The notes: generated from the letters alone by a model not told the origin. Shown: positions 18,508-28,115, counted from the first letter of the stretch. The stretch is DNA of 64,000 bases from an uncultured Elusimicrobia bacterium (GCA_963702895.1 OY969767.1:1824001-1888000); one strand, 5' to 3'. Made by a program: numbers and translations.

Positions 18508-19155
18508 CTATTTGAAAAATCGGATCAAATCTGTCATGTGATGGATGATCCGATCAGGCCTGGACATCAATAGGTTTTGATGATCCGTAATATTCGACAG
18601 GATGCCGCACGTCCGCACTTTCGCCGCTTTTCCGGACCGCACATCATTCGGCCCGTCACCGACGACGAGGATTTTTTTCGATGGGCGTAATCCCAAAGTT
18701 CGCAAGGCATTCGTGACCGGCTCGGGATGAGGTTTCTTTCGCGGGAGGGAATCTCCCCCCACGAGGACTTGAAAATAGTGGCTGATGCGAAGCTTTTCGA
18801 GGATCAGTCCAGAGACCCGGACCGGCTTGTTTGTCACCACGGCCATTTTCTTCTCTTTGAAATGTTCGAGCGTTCTGCGCACGCCGGGATAGAGCCGCGT
18901 GCGGTCAAGACAATGCGCCCGGTAATACTTTTTAAACAGGTCGACGGCCGCGCCGAGACGCCCCGGCGCAAGCTCAGGCAAAGCGCGTCGCACGAGTTTC
19001 ACGACACCATCCCCAATGAAGCGGGCCACCTCTTCATGGCTGCTGAGCTTGGCTTTGTAGCGCCGCTGGAGGAACTGCACGGAGCGCGCCAAGTCGTCCT
19101 TGGAATCGATGAGCGTTCCGTCCAGGTCAAAAAGGATGGCTTCGACGAAAATCAT
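18508..19155 (-). CDS. HAD-family hydrolase, phosphoglycolate phosphatase-like
   Basis: FDLDGTLIDS, LYPGV, VVTNK, KKPHPEP, VGDGPND; ATGA overlap with the upstream gene. Confidence 0.9.
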   Translation of the reverse strand: MIFVEAILFDLDGTLIDSKDDLARSVQFLQRRYKAKLSSHEEVARFIGDGVVKLVRRALPELAPGRLGAAVDLFKKYYRAHCLDRTRLYPGVRRTLEHFKEKKMAVVTNKPVRVSGLILEKLRISHYFQVLVGGDSLPRKKPHPEPVTNALRTLGLRPSKKILVVGDGPNDVRSGKAAKVRTCGILSNITDHQNLLMSRPDRIIHHMTDLIRFFK

Positions 19156-20279
19156 GCGGCGGGAAGCCCGAGTCTGGCGAGGCGGTTGTGCGCGAAGCGC
19201 CACGCGGCCGGGTCGATATTTTTCCCCAGGATGAGCACGTGGAAGGCGGCGCCGAGCCCCTCGGGATGCAGTAAATACTTCAGGGACGCGCGATGAGAAA
19301 TGAGGGTCGAGAAATTTTCGAAATTTCTCTCGGGCTTTGCCGCTTCGGCCTCGCGCGGGCCTTGCCGTCTCTCCTCTCTCTTCTCTCGTCTCTCTTCTCT
19401 CGTTTCTCGTTTCTCTTCTCTGATCCCTGCCATGAGAAACGTTCCCATCTCCATAAACGCGAGGGGTTCCAGGCCCGCTTCCCTGGCGTCAAGCGCAAGG
19501 CTTGTGAAGTCGACATCGGCGGTGAGGTCCGTTTCGCCGCTTGCGCTCAGAAAATCGGCGCTGACGTGATGTCGGGAGAAGGCTCGTAGTGTCCCGCGGG
19601 TCCGCTCCGGGTGATAATACTCGTGCGCGGGACGCCCGTAATCGATCAGGACCACGAGCCCCGACGCCAAAACGCGCGAGGCTTCTTGGAGCCAGTCTCG
19701 CATCCCGAGGTTCACTTCCGTTTCGTAGCCTTCCGGCAGGGAAATCCCCAGACGCTGGAAATAAGATTCGAGTCGCGCGGTGGAGGGCTCTTTCCAAAGA
19801 GATTTTCGCCTTTTACCGTCGATCTCAGAGTAGAGCTCCTGTAGTTTCCCCTCGTGGAATCGGACACGGTGGACCGGGAAGGCGTCGAGGAGTTCATTGC
19901 CGAAGAGCACGCCGTGAAAGGGGCCAAGCTCCTGGAGTCCAGCGCGGACCTCAAAGGCGGGGTTGTGCTGCTTGAAGCGTTCCAGCTCAGCCCGGCGCGC
20001 GGGACTTTTTTCCACCGCGATGTAGCGGAAGGGCCGCGTTTCGAGGATGTCCCCGGCGAGGCGCCCTTCGCCGGCGCCGGCCTCGACCAGGCAAAAGTCT
20101 GCCTTTCCAAGCTTTTCCTTCCAGTCCCAAAAGATCATGGACAGGAGCCCGCCGAAGACTTTGCCGACATCGGGCGACGTGAAATAGTCCCCCGCTTTCC
20201 CGCTCTGCGCGGCGCCGGTCGAATAATAGCCCGCGGGGCCGTAGAGGACCTGCTCCATAAAATCGGCAAAAGTTTGCAT
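19152..20279 (-). CDS. MidA/NDUFAF7-family SAM-dependent methyltransferase with a repeat-derived insertion
   Basis: FADFM..LY.P.GYY, GDYFTSP, EAGAGEG, NELLDAFP, IDYG, DLTADVDF, LGAAFHVL. Confidence 0.9.
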   Translation of the reverse strand: MQTFADFMEQVLYGPAGYYSTGAAQSGKAGDYFTSPDVGKVFGGLLSMIFWDWKEKLGKADFCLVEAGAGEGRLAGDILETRPFRYIAVEKSPARRAELERFKQHNPAFEVRAGLQELGPFHGVLFGNELLDAFPVHRVRFHEGKLQELYSEIDGKRRKSLWKEPSTARLESYFQRLGISLPEGYETEVNLGMRDWLQEASRVLASGLVVLIDYGRPAHEYYHPERTRGTLRAFSRHHVSADFLSASGETDLTADVDFTSLALDAREAGLEPLAFMEMGTFLMAGIREEKRETREERREKREERRQGPREAEAAKPERNFENFSTLISHRASLKYLLHPEGLGAAFHVLILGKNIDPAAWRFAHNRLARLGLPAA

Positions 20280-20312
20280 GAAGTCGTTTTTGTGAGATTG
20301 GCGAAACACTAC

Positions 20313-20700
20313 GCCGTCATCCCCCGCGGTCTACCCTATGTCATCCCCCGCGGTGTCTATTTTTCGTCATCCCCCCCGGTCGTAAGGGGGGGATCCATCA
20401 TGTTTTGTCCGTCGATGATAGACCCCGGCTGACGACCGCCGGGGTGACGTCAACGCCGGGATGACGTCAATAACGTGATGCCGTCATCCCCGCGGTCTAC
20501 CTTACGTCATCCCCCGCGGTGTCTATTTTTCGTCATCCCCCCCGGTCGTAAGGGGGGGATCCATCATGTTTTGTCCGTCGATGATAGACCCCGGCTGACG
20601 ACCGCCGGGGTGACGTCAACGCCGGGATGACGTCAATAACGTGATGCCGTCATCCCCGCGGTCTACCTTACGTCATCCCCCGCGGGTGTCAGCGGGGGAC
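20313..20700. repeat. Tandem ~166-bp duplication built from GTCATCCCC palindromic elements
   Basis: Unit starts at about 20316, 20483 and 20649 (period 166-167); two full copies and one partial. Confidence 0.85.
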
Positions 20701-20774
20701 GCCACACTACAGGCGTCCGACTGTAGTGTGTCGGATCCATCGTGACAGAAGCAATTCATCAGTGTCATTGTATA

Positions 20775-21524
20775 ATGCTGCCCGTGAAAGTCATTCCCGG
20801 AAAGCCGCAGTTTGTGAGTTTCCCCATCTATAAGCTCGACGCTGCCTGGCGCCGCCTGCCGGAACGGGAGCGCGCCGCGGGGAAGCAGGAGTTTGGCGAG
20901 GTGGTCGAGTCCTACCAGGACCGCATGATCGTCCTGGCCTACAGCCTGGTGGGCATCCGGGGCGACTCCGATTTCTTCCTGTGGCGCGTGAGCTACGACC
21001 TGGAAAGTCTCGAGCAGATGTCCGCGGAGCTCATGAACACGGGACTCGGCCACTACTTGAGCCTTCCGTATTCCTATCTCTCGATGACGCGGCGCTCGAC
21101 CTACGTCGAAGAACACCAGAAAGAAGATCCGGACGGCCACGGCTCGAGGCTCCAGATTGTTCCCGGGCAATCGAAATATATATTTGTCTACCCTTTCATC
21201 AAGAGCCGGGCCTGGTACGCCTTAAGCGAGCGCGCGCGCGGCGAGGCCATGAAGGAGCACATCGTGACCGGCCATAAATACCAGTCCGTGCGCATCAACA
21301 CGACGTATTCGTTTGGGTTGGACGATCAGGAATTCGTGCTCGCCTTTGAAAGCGATGAACCGAAGGATTTTCTGGACCTCATGATGGATCTGCGCGAGAC
21401 GCGCGCGAGCTCCTACACCGTCAAAGACACCCCCACCTTCACCGGGATTTTGCATCCCTTGCGGGACGTCCTGGATCTTCTCGACAAACAACCCATCGCC
21501 AAAAAGACTCCCGTCCAAGCGTAA
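20775..21524 (+). CDS. Chlorite dismutase-like family heme protein, probably coproheme decarboxylase (ChdC/HemQ)
   Basis: YSLVGIRGDSDF, SYLS, VYPFIKSRAWY, M.EH..TG, YSFGLDDQEF, LRET.AS; no signal peptide; GTG 20784 is an alternative start. Confidence 0.8.
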   Translation: MLPVKVIPGKPQFVSFPIYKLDAAWRRLPERERAAGKQEFGEVVESYQDRMIVLAYSLVGIRGDSDFFLWRVSYDLESLEQMSAELMNTGLGHYLSLPYSYLSMTRRSTYVEEHQKEDPDGHGSRLQIVPGQSKYIFVYPFIKSRAWYALSERARGEAMKEHIVTGHKYQSVRINTTYSFGLDDQEFVLAFESDEPKDFLDLMMDLRETRASSYTVKDTPTFTGILHPLRDVLDLLDKQPIAKKTPVQA

Positions 21525-21559
21525 AAAGCAACTTCATCATAGTCACGATCTGATTTGAC

Positions 21560-21622
21560 GTCACCCCGGCGTAAGCCGGGGTCTATCATGATGGATCCCG
21601 GCTAACGACGCGCCGGGATGAC
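21560..21622. repeat. GTCACCCCGG...CCGGGATGAC palindromic element
   Basis: Same family as the elements at 18404 and 20313. Confidence 0.7.
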
Positions 21623-21821
21623 AGCACGATATGCGCACAGTGTTAGACACAGGGCTGCAGCGGAGACTGACACCAACCGACTGGACACCGACTGAGTGCG
21701 AGTTCTAACGCTAAGAGCGATGATTGCAGAACTCCAACAGAGCGTTGGAGAATTGGGCCTCATAAGCTTAGACACCTTGGGGACAGTCCCGACAAACCTA
21801 CACTCGAACGATCCGCTTACG

Positions 21822-21916
21822 ATAGTATCGGAGTTGCGGAGTATCGGCGTATCGGAGTAACGGCATAAAAGCCTTGACGCCGTCGCTCTTACTCCGATAC
21901 CCCGTTACCCCGATAC
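21822..21916. repeat. Octamer repeats (GGAGTATC-type) followed by inverted copies
   Basis: GTATCGGA GTTGCGGA GTATCGGC GTATCGGA GTAACGG ... TACTCCGA TACCCCGT TACCCCGA. Confidence 0.75.
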
Positions 21917-21931
21917 TTTGATTTTGGCGGG

Positions 21932-22321
21932 CTATCGGGCGACGGCGAGGGTGCCTGTGGCGTGTTCGCCTTGAAATTCCAGCTGGTAAATGTAGATGCC
22001 GCCCGCGACGGTCTTGCCGTCTTCGTCTTTGCCATCCCAAAGGAGAACGTCGGGCGTGGTGCCCTGCTGGAGGCTGGCGACGCGCGCGCCGCTTAAGTCG
22101 AAGACCGAGCCCGTCACCGGCAACTGTTCGGGATTGTCGAGCTCAAAGCGCGCTTTGTCGTTAAAGCCGTCGCCGTTGGGCGTCAAGATCCGGCAGGCCA
22201 CCGCCGTCAAAGTGACCGAACCCAGCGAGGCGAGCGCCTCCACGGACGAGGGACGAGCAAGCAGAGACGAGAACAACAGTATCCCTACGATGATGAGTCG
22301 CGTTGCTGAATAGATCTTCAT
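21932..22321 (-). CDS. Small secreted protein consisting of a gliding-motility-associated (CHU_C/type-B CTD-like, FlgD-like) domain only
   Basis: Signal peptide followed by ILTPNGDGFND...VFDLSGARV...WDGKDEDG..V.GGIYIYQ; GGAGG RBS. Confidence 0.82.
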   Translation of the reverse strand: MKIYSATRLIIVGILLFSSLLARPSSVEALASLGSVTLTAVACRILTPNGDGFNDKARFELDNPEQLPVTGSVFDLSGARVASLQQGTTPDVLLWDGKDEDGKTVAGGIYIYQLEFQGEHATGTLAVAR

Positions 22322-22445
22322 ATAGAGTCCCTCCTAAGGTTAAGCCCAGTTAAGCCTTTTGTCAACACATCAGATTCTCACGAGAATTCAGATCGATTTC
22401 GCAATCCCATTCTTACAGCCAAAAACATAGTCCCTGGGTGGAGTC

Positions 22446-22549
22446 CCCTCTCCCGCCGCCAGGTGGGAGAGGGCGATGCCAAAAGGGCAACGGGTGAGGG
22501 CTAGGCGTGCCCTCATCCTAGCCTTCTCCCGCCTTCGGCGGGAGAAGGA
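22446..22549. repeat. REP-like palindrome pair, copy of the 17297 element
   Basis: CCCTCTCCCGCCGCCAGGTGGGAGAGGGCGATGCCAAAAGGGCAACGGGTGAGGGC. Confidence 0.75.
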
Positions 22550-22581
22550 AGCTCCTACGACAAGGGAACGTCCCCAAGACG

Positions 22582-25500
22582 TCACCGTGCCACCACAATC
22601 GTGCCGGTTTCGGGCGTGCCGCCGACGTCGACCTGATACACATAGATCCCGCCCGGCACCGCCTTGCCGCCGCCGTCTTTGCCGTCCCAGGCGAGTGACG
22701 AATCGGGGTTCGGCCCTGCCACAAGGCTCGCGACATAGGCCCCCGTGATGTCATACACCTTGCCCGAAAGCGGCAAGAGCTCAGGGTTGTCAAACTGGAA
22801 GATGGCCTTGTCGTTCCAGCCGTCGCCGTTCGGCGTGATGATGCGCGGATAGACCCGCGTGAGCGTCACCCCCGGCGCGTGCGTCGCTGCGCGGATCTGG
22901 AAAGAGCCCGCGCGCGAGCCGGTGGCGCTCACCGTCTGATCGGCCGTGTTCACGAGGCCCGTCGTTTTCACCCACTCCAGGCCGTTAAACCAGAAGAGCG
23001 AAAGCTGCTCGGCGGCGTTCTCCGCGGTGATGACCGGCGCCCGCGCCGGTGCTCCCCAGATCGTTCGCCCCATCGCCGATTCGCCGCCTCGTCCCTCCGG
23101 GGCCCCGGCCACGACGTGCCCGCCCATCACGGTATAGCCTATCACCACGCGTAGTGACGCCGGGTTAAAGAGCAAGTCCGTCACGTCCGTGCCCGTCACG
23201 CCGTTTTCAATCGCAAAACGCACCGAGCGCAAAACGCGCCCCGTTTCTTCCGACGTCACCTCGTCCACACCCATCCAGAGGTCCGCCCCATAGTTGTTTT
23301 GGCTCCCCCGCAGAACGTTCGCCACGGCCTGCGGCATCTGCGCGTGCGTGATGTTGTCCGGCCCCATGAAGAAGTGGTGGATGTCGGAGGTGTCATCGAT
23401 GATTTGGCCCCATGCGGAAACCCGGGCGCTCGTGTCGATCGCGCGCAGACAGTAATACTTGACGTCACTCGCCAGAGCCACCCCTTGCCATTCTTCGGTC
23501 GCCACCGTCGTCAGAAGCGTCCAGAGCGCCCTCGGCAAATGGACGCTCGAAGAGGTGTAGACCTGGTAACCCGCCAGGTTGATAAGGGCCGTGCCGTCTT
23601 CGCGCTGCGTCACGCGGCTCCAGCGGTACGTCATCTGATACGTCCCGCCGCCCAAATCGACGCGCTCACCCCAGAGGCCCAGCGGCCGTTTGGGAACGCT
23701 CGCCACGCCTGCGGTCATCACGAGCACCGTGTTCGTGTAAGCGGTGGGGACTCCTCCTTCGCTGATCGCGCGCACGCGGTAGACGTAAGCGGTGCCCGCG
23801 CTCACCGTGTAATCCTGATAAGCGGTCGCGCGGATGGCGCCCGCCTGCGTGAAGGTGGAGCCGTCGGTCGAGCGCTCAATGGAATAAAGCGTAACGGGTG
23901 GATTGGCCCCGCCGTTCCACGTGAGCCACACGTACGTGCTGCTCACGCCCGTCGTGGAAAGAACGGTCGGCGCTTCGGCCCAGGTGTAGGTGCTCCTGTA
24001 ATTCGACCAGCCGGAGACGCGCCCGCTCGTGAGGCTGTGCGCGCGCACGCGCGCGGTGTATTGGGCGTTGACGTTTAAGCCCAGCACGGCCGTCGTCGGG
24101 CCCGCCACGACGTTCGAAGTGACATGCGTGCCGAACGGATCGGCCGGGGCGAGGTCCACGTCGTAAACGATCTGCGGGCCTCCGGTCAGGCCCCAGGCCA
24201 CCGTGACGCTCGTGCGCTGAACATCGGGGAAACCCGTCAAAGTCGGAATGAGGAGCGGCGTGATGGTGCCGGTGATCGAGCTCCCAATGAAGAGATACGG
24301 ACTGTCTGCGCCCGCCCAGCCGAGCGCCTGCACGCGCGCCCAGTAGGTGGTGTCTTGGTTCAAGGCGGTGAGTGTCGCCGTCACGTCCGACGTCGTGGCG
24401 GTGGCGGTGGAGGCGCCCAGCGCCGAGATGCTGGAGAGCTCCACGCGGAAGTTCGTGCCCGCGGCGTTGATCGAGCCTGACCAGCTGGCCGTGATGCTGG
24501 AGGGGCTCACGTTATCGAAGGCTCCGCCCGTGGGAACGGCCGCCACGGTGATCGTGGAAGCCGGCACGGTGTTGGCGTAGGCGGTCGTGTCGTCATAGAG
24601 ACTGCCCACGCGCAGGTAATAGGTGGCGTTGGCCATGAGGCTCTGGATCGTGAGCGTGCTCAAGGCGACGTCCGTCGTGACCGAGGAGCGCGCGATCGGG
24701 GTGAAGCTTGCGCCCGTGGAGGCTTCGGCGCTGTAGCCCACGTCCGGCGTGACGCCGCCCCAAGTGAGACTGATGCTAGACGCATAGACCGCCGTAAACG
24801 TCGGGGTGGCGGGCGGCGGACCCGGCAAGGTGATCGTGCTCACCCAGGTCGTAAAGTACGGCACATCGTTCCAGTTGAGTCCGCCGACCCGCAGATACGT
24901 GAGCTTGCCGCGGCGCAACGAAAAGACGGTGAGGCTTGTTTGGAAGGTGTCCGAGGTGGCGCTCGAGCGGACCGTGCCGCTAAAGCTCGGGAGTGTCGAA
25001 GCATGCACCAAATACCCTTGGGAGCCCGCGGCGCCAAGGCCCGTCCAAGCAAGCGTCACGCTGCTTTGGCCGACGTCGGTGATCGTGACGTCCGGTACCT
25101 CATCGGTAAGCGTGGCCGCGCCGGCGTTGTTCGACAAATACCCGGTGTTGCCGGCCGCGTCCGCTCCTTTGATCGCAAAGTAGTACGTGGTGTTAAAGGC
25201 CAAGTTCCCGGCGGTCTTGGCTTCGAGGCCCCCGGGCGGAAGCGGCGACCAGGTGTTCGTGTAGATCGGCGCGCTCACGAAAGCGACTTCGTCTGCAAAC
25301 GGGGTGTTCTTGTAGCGCGCCGAGTACGAAGTGGCCTGGCCGTTCGAACCGAAAGCGGTCGGCGCCGTCCACGAGAGGACCAAGGTGCCCGTGCTCGGGC
25401 CCGTGATGACGGCGAGGTCTTCGATCGAATCGGGGTGCGACACGAGGTTCGCGAAGCCCGAATAGACAAAGTAGGTGGTGCCGGTGAAGAGGCTTCCTCC

Positions 25501-25857
25501 CGGTTTGCCGACGGTCGAGGTGAGCTTGTAGCTCGCCGAGGTCCCGCGGGCCGATCCCGCGCTTGTCACGTCGCTGCGCCGGATGCGGTAGTTCGTCGAC
25601 GACATATCGCTTCCGGCGAAAACGGGGAAAACGCAGAACGAACAAAGCAGAGACACGAGAGCAAAGAAACGAAAGCAGAGAGCTCTGCTTTGCATGCTTT
25701 GCTTTCGTCGGTCTGCTCTGCGTGCTCTGCTTTGATGGCTGAACGCAAAGATCTCAGAGCAGAAGATCCAAAGCAGAGACACGAAAGCAAAGAAACGAAA
25801 GCAGAGCTTTCTGCTCTCGTTTCTCTGCTCTCGTTTCTCTGCTCTGACCTTGGTCAT
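22582..25857 (-). CDS. Secreted multi-fibronectin type III protein with a C-terminal gliding-motility-associated (type-B CTD-like) domain
   Basis: About 6-7 FN3 modules (LSWTAP, L..NTTYY...), C-terminal IITPNGDGWND..WDGKDGGG..VPGGIYVYQ; start chosen at ATG 25857 after GGAG/GAGG, uncertain. Confidence 0.85.
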   Translation of the reverse strand: MTKVRAEKREQRNESRKLCFRFFAFVSLLWIFCSEIFAFSHQSRARRADRRKQSMQSRALCFRFFALVSLLCSFCVFPVFAGSDMSSTNYRIRRSDVTSAGSARGTSASYKLTSTVGKPGGSLFTGTTYFVYSGFANLVSHPDSIEDLAVITGPSTGTLVLSWTAPTAFGSNGQATSYSARYKNTPFADEVAFVSAPIYTNTWSPLPPGGLEAKTAGNLAFNTTYYFAIKGADAAGNTGYLSNNAGAATLTDEVPDVTITDVGQSSVTLAWTGLGAAGSQGYLVHASTLPSFSGTVRSSATSDTFQTSLTVFSLRRGKLTYLRVGGLNWNDVPYFTTWVSTITLPGPPPATPTFTAVYASSISLTWGGVTPDVGYSAEASTGASFTPIARSSVTTDVALSTLTIQSLMANATYYLRVGSLYDDTTAYANTVPASTITVAAVPTGGAFDNVSPSSITASWSGSINAAGTNFRVELSSISALGASTATATTSDVTATLTALNQDTTYWARVQALGWAGADSPYLFIGSSITGTITPLLIPTLTGFPDVQRTSVTVAWGLTGGPQIVYDVDLAPADPFGTHVTSNVVAGPTTAVLGLNVNAQYTARVRAHSLTSGRVSGWSNYRSTYTWAEAPTVLSTTGVSSTYVWLTWNGGANPPVTLYSIERSTDGSTFTQAGAIRATAYQDYTVSAGTAYVYRVRAISEGGVPTAYTNTVLVMTAGVASVPKRPLGLWGERVDLGGGTYQMTYRWSRVTQREDGTALINLAGYQVYTSSSVHLPRALWTLLTTVATEEWQGVALASDVKYYCLRAIDTSARVSAWGQIIDDTSDIHHFFMGPDNITHAQMPQAVANVLRGSQNNYGADLWMGVDEVTSEETGRVLRSVRFAIENGVTGTDVTDLLFNPASLRVVIGYTVMGGHVVAGAPEGRGGESAMGRTIWGAPARAPVITAENAAEQLSLFWFNGLEWVKTTGLVNTADQTVSATGSRAGSFQIRAATHAPGVTLTRVYPRIITPNGDGWNDKAIFQFDNPELLPLSGKVYDITGAYVASLVAGPNPDSSLAWDGKDGGGKAVPGGIYVYQVDVGGTPETGTIVVAR

Positions 25858-26100
25858 TTCGTCCTCTCCGTCTCTGCGCAAAGGGTCTCGTCGCACAACA
25901 GCAGTAACGGCAGCGCAAAGCGATCAGAGAAAAGCGCAGAGCTCTCAGCTTGACGCTGTTCGCTTCTCGCTGCTCGCTGCCGTGGCTTATCCGATGATCG
26001 CTCGTCTCTCATCTCTCGTCTCTCGTTTCTCTGCTCTCGTTTCTCTGCTCTCGCTTCTCCGCTCTCGTTTCTCTGCTTTCGTTTCTCTGCTCTGACCTTT
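25640..26100. repeat. Heptamer repeat tract (TCTCGTT/TCTCTGC/TCTCATC) with inverted purine-rich copies
   Basis: Direct reading of the sequence; related tracts at 19290-19430, 28725-29015, 31185-31265 and 32445-32670. Confidence 0.8.
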
Positions 26101-26231
26101 GTCATTTCGTCCTCTCCATCCCCGCCCAAAGGGTCCCAGCGCACTTTGATGAAAACTGAGAACTGAAGGACGCCTTATCCAAAAAGCGTATAATGATCTC
26201 GCTTCAAAAATATCCATAGGAGACATGATCC

Positions 26232-26483
26232 ATGCAGAATAACATGACCGCGCGTCTTGAACACCTCGCCAAACTGCGTCACGAGCCCCCGCAACATGTG
26301 ATTGCGCAGGCCATCGAGATCGGTGTGACGCGTCTCTACACAGAATCCATACTGGCGAATTATCTGAAAAAACGCCTCTCTCGGCGCCGCGCCATCCAAG
26401 CCGTTGGCCTGGAAGCCGTTCAAATCGCTGAAGCGCAGCATTCCGCCGTGCATAAGGATATTGCCTGGGGTGTAAGTGCCTAG
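26232..26483 (+). CDS. Putative antitoxin paired with the DUF3368 PIN toxin
   Basis: 83 aa, AGGAG upstream, overlaps the toxin start; RHH-like N-terminus and YL...LSR..A...VG. Confidence 0.7.
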   Translation: MQNNMTARLEHLAKLRHEPPQHVIAQAIEIGVTRLYTESILANYLKKRLSRRRAIQAVGLEAVQIAEAQHSAVHKDIAWGVSA

Positions 26484-26967
26484 ATTTGTTGTTGATACAG
26501 GCCCTTTCATCCACTTGGAACAGATCGGCCATCTTCCACTGCTCGCCAGGCTCCCTGCTCTTCTTGTTCCTTCCGGTGTGGTATCCGAGCTCAGAGACAC
26601 GCGTCTTCGCACCATCATCGAAAGCTGGCCGCACACGCAAGTCTTGACCCTCGCACCCATGGCCAAGAAGCTCTCCTCGCTCAAGCGGATGGGCTTGGAC
26701 CGCGGTGAAATCGAATGCCTGAGGCTGGCGCTTGATCATGCTCCCTGCATTTTCTTGACCGATGATTTGGCCGCCAGGCGGTCTGCCGAAAGACTGTCCA
26801 TCGAAGTTCATGGAACCGTCGGCCTGATTGCCTACGCCGCCAGACACCGGTGGCTGAGCCTTCCGCAAGCGGAGAAAGCCCTCCACCAGCTCTACGAAAA
26901 GAGCTCGCTCTTCATCACCTTCGAGATTATCGACAGCGCGATCCTTGCTTTGCGCCATCGGCTCTAG
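26476..26967 (+). CDS. PIN-domain toxin, DUF3368 family
   Basis: VVDTGPFIHL, VP..V..EL, LDRGE, LTDDLAARR.A, HGTVGL. Confidence 0.85.
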   Translation: MPRFVVDTGPFIHLEQIGHLPLLARLPALLVPSGVVSELRDTRLRTIIESWPHTQVLTLAPMAKKLSSLKRMGLDRGEIECLRLALDHAPCIFLTDDLAARRSAERLSIEVHGTVGLIAYAARHRWLSLPQAEKALHQLYEKSSLFITFEIIDSAILALRHRL

Positions 26968-27078
26968 TCTCTCCGATTGGTTCGGTCGGCCTTCCCCAGA
27001 AAGAACGTCGGAAAGCCTCCCTCGCCATGACGGCATAAGGCTCCATTTCTGTGACGTATCTGCTAAAATGAGCTCGTT

Positions 27079-27459
27079 ATGGGCGTTTTCAAATCGCAAA
27101 TTACCCTTCGCAATCCGGTTCACCCGAAACTGAAATCTCTGACGGTTTCCGCGTTGGTCGACACTGGCGCTCTGCATTTGTGTCTTCCCGAACATGTGGC
27201 GCTCCAGCTGGAACTCCGGGAACTGGAGAAGCGCGAGGTGACGCTCGCGGATGGCAAGAAACACTTGGCCCCTTATATGGGTCCTATTGAGGTTTCTTTC
27301 GAGAACCGCCGCTGTTTCGTCGGGGCTATGATCTTGGGGGACGAACCTCTCTTGGGAGCGATCCCTTTGGAAGATATGGATCTGATCATCGATCCCGGCA
27401 AGCGTCGACTGACCGTCAACCCCGAAAATCCCAACATTCCCGGCTCGCTCGCTAAATAA
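27079..27459 (+). CDS. Clan AA (retropepsin-like) aspartic protease
   Basis: ALVDTGA, TLADG, PLLGAIPLEDMDL.IDP. Confidence 0.88.
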   Translation: MGVFKSQITLRNPVHPKLKSLTVSALVDTGALHLCLPEHVALQLELRELEKREVTLADGKKHLAPYMGPIEVSFENRRCFVGAMILGDEPLLGAIPLEDMDLIIDPGKRRLTVNPENPNIPGSLAK

Positions 27460-27586
27460 CATCGTTTCGTTGCGTCCTTTCCGTGCTGTCGACAACAAGG
27501 GGACGGTCGCCAGAAATTTGGAGACTGTTCCCAAGCCGTAGCGGCACGACGGCCCCGCTGTTCGGTGTCTCCGCCGCGCGCTGTCT

Positions 27587-27700
27587 CCGTCCCGCACACG
27601 CTTCCCGCCACTGAGACACAGGCGGGCCCGCCTTGCAGTAGTGGCGGGCGCGTGTAGGGACTGTCCCTGCCTCGGCCGCAGGCCGATGGCCGGGACGCCG
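27587..27700. repeat. ~115-bp dispersed repeat; copies at ~29838-29952, ~33432-33547 and a partial copy at ~30382-30452
   Basis: CCGTCCCGCACACGCTTCCCGCCACTGAGACACAGGCGGGCCCGCCTTGCAGTAGTGGCGGGCGCGTGTAGGGACTGTCCCTGCCTCGGCCGCAGGCCGATGGCCGGGACGCCGT. Confidence 0.85.
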
Positions 27701-27866
27701 TTCGGCATATCCGCTCTGAGCCCAAGATGTACCACAGGCCCTCCGAAACGTCGCGCGTTTACATGAATCGTCCTCATGACGCCGCCCGCCGTCTAAAATG
27801 GATCTCTTGACATCGCCCTTGTTTCGGCCTAATATAATGTAACACACTGTAACAAAGGAGAGAACC

Positions 27867-28115
27867 ATGCGCACCGACCGCCTGAGCTATACGACCACCA
27901 TCTCTCTGCCTCCGCCGCTCTACCGGGAAATCCTCAAGCGCGCCAAAGCGAGCGCCATGAGCACCTCCGAGCTCCTGCGGGAGGCGTTCCGGCGCTATGT
28001 CCGCGAAGAGCGTGAATGGGAAGAGCTCCTGTCCTATGGCCGTTCCAGGGCGAGGAAAAGTGGCGTCCTGACAGACCGAGACGTTGAACGGCTGATCGAT
28101 GCGTCCCGAAAGTAA
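27867..28115 (+). CDS. CopG/ribbon-helix-helix antitoxin
   Basis: TISLPP.L...I...AK....STSELLREAFRRY; AAGGAG RBS; TTGACA at 27807 and TGTAACA direct repeats upstream. Confidence 0.85.
   Translation: MRTDRLSYTTTISLPPPLYREILKRAKASAMSTSELLREAFRRYVREEREWEELLSYGRSRARKSGVLTDRDVERLIDASRK

Noticed and set aside
20775..21524. True chlorite dismutase or (per)chlorate respiration
   Set aside because: No signal peptide or reductase genes, and the motifs fit the ChdC/HemQ-like branch better; assignment by eye only
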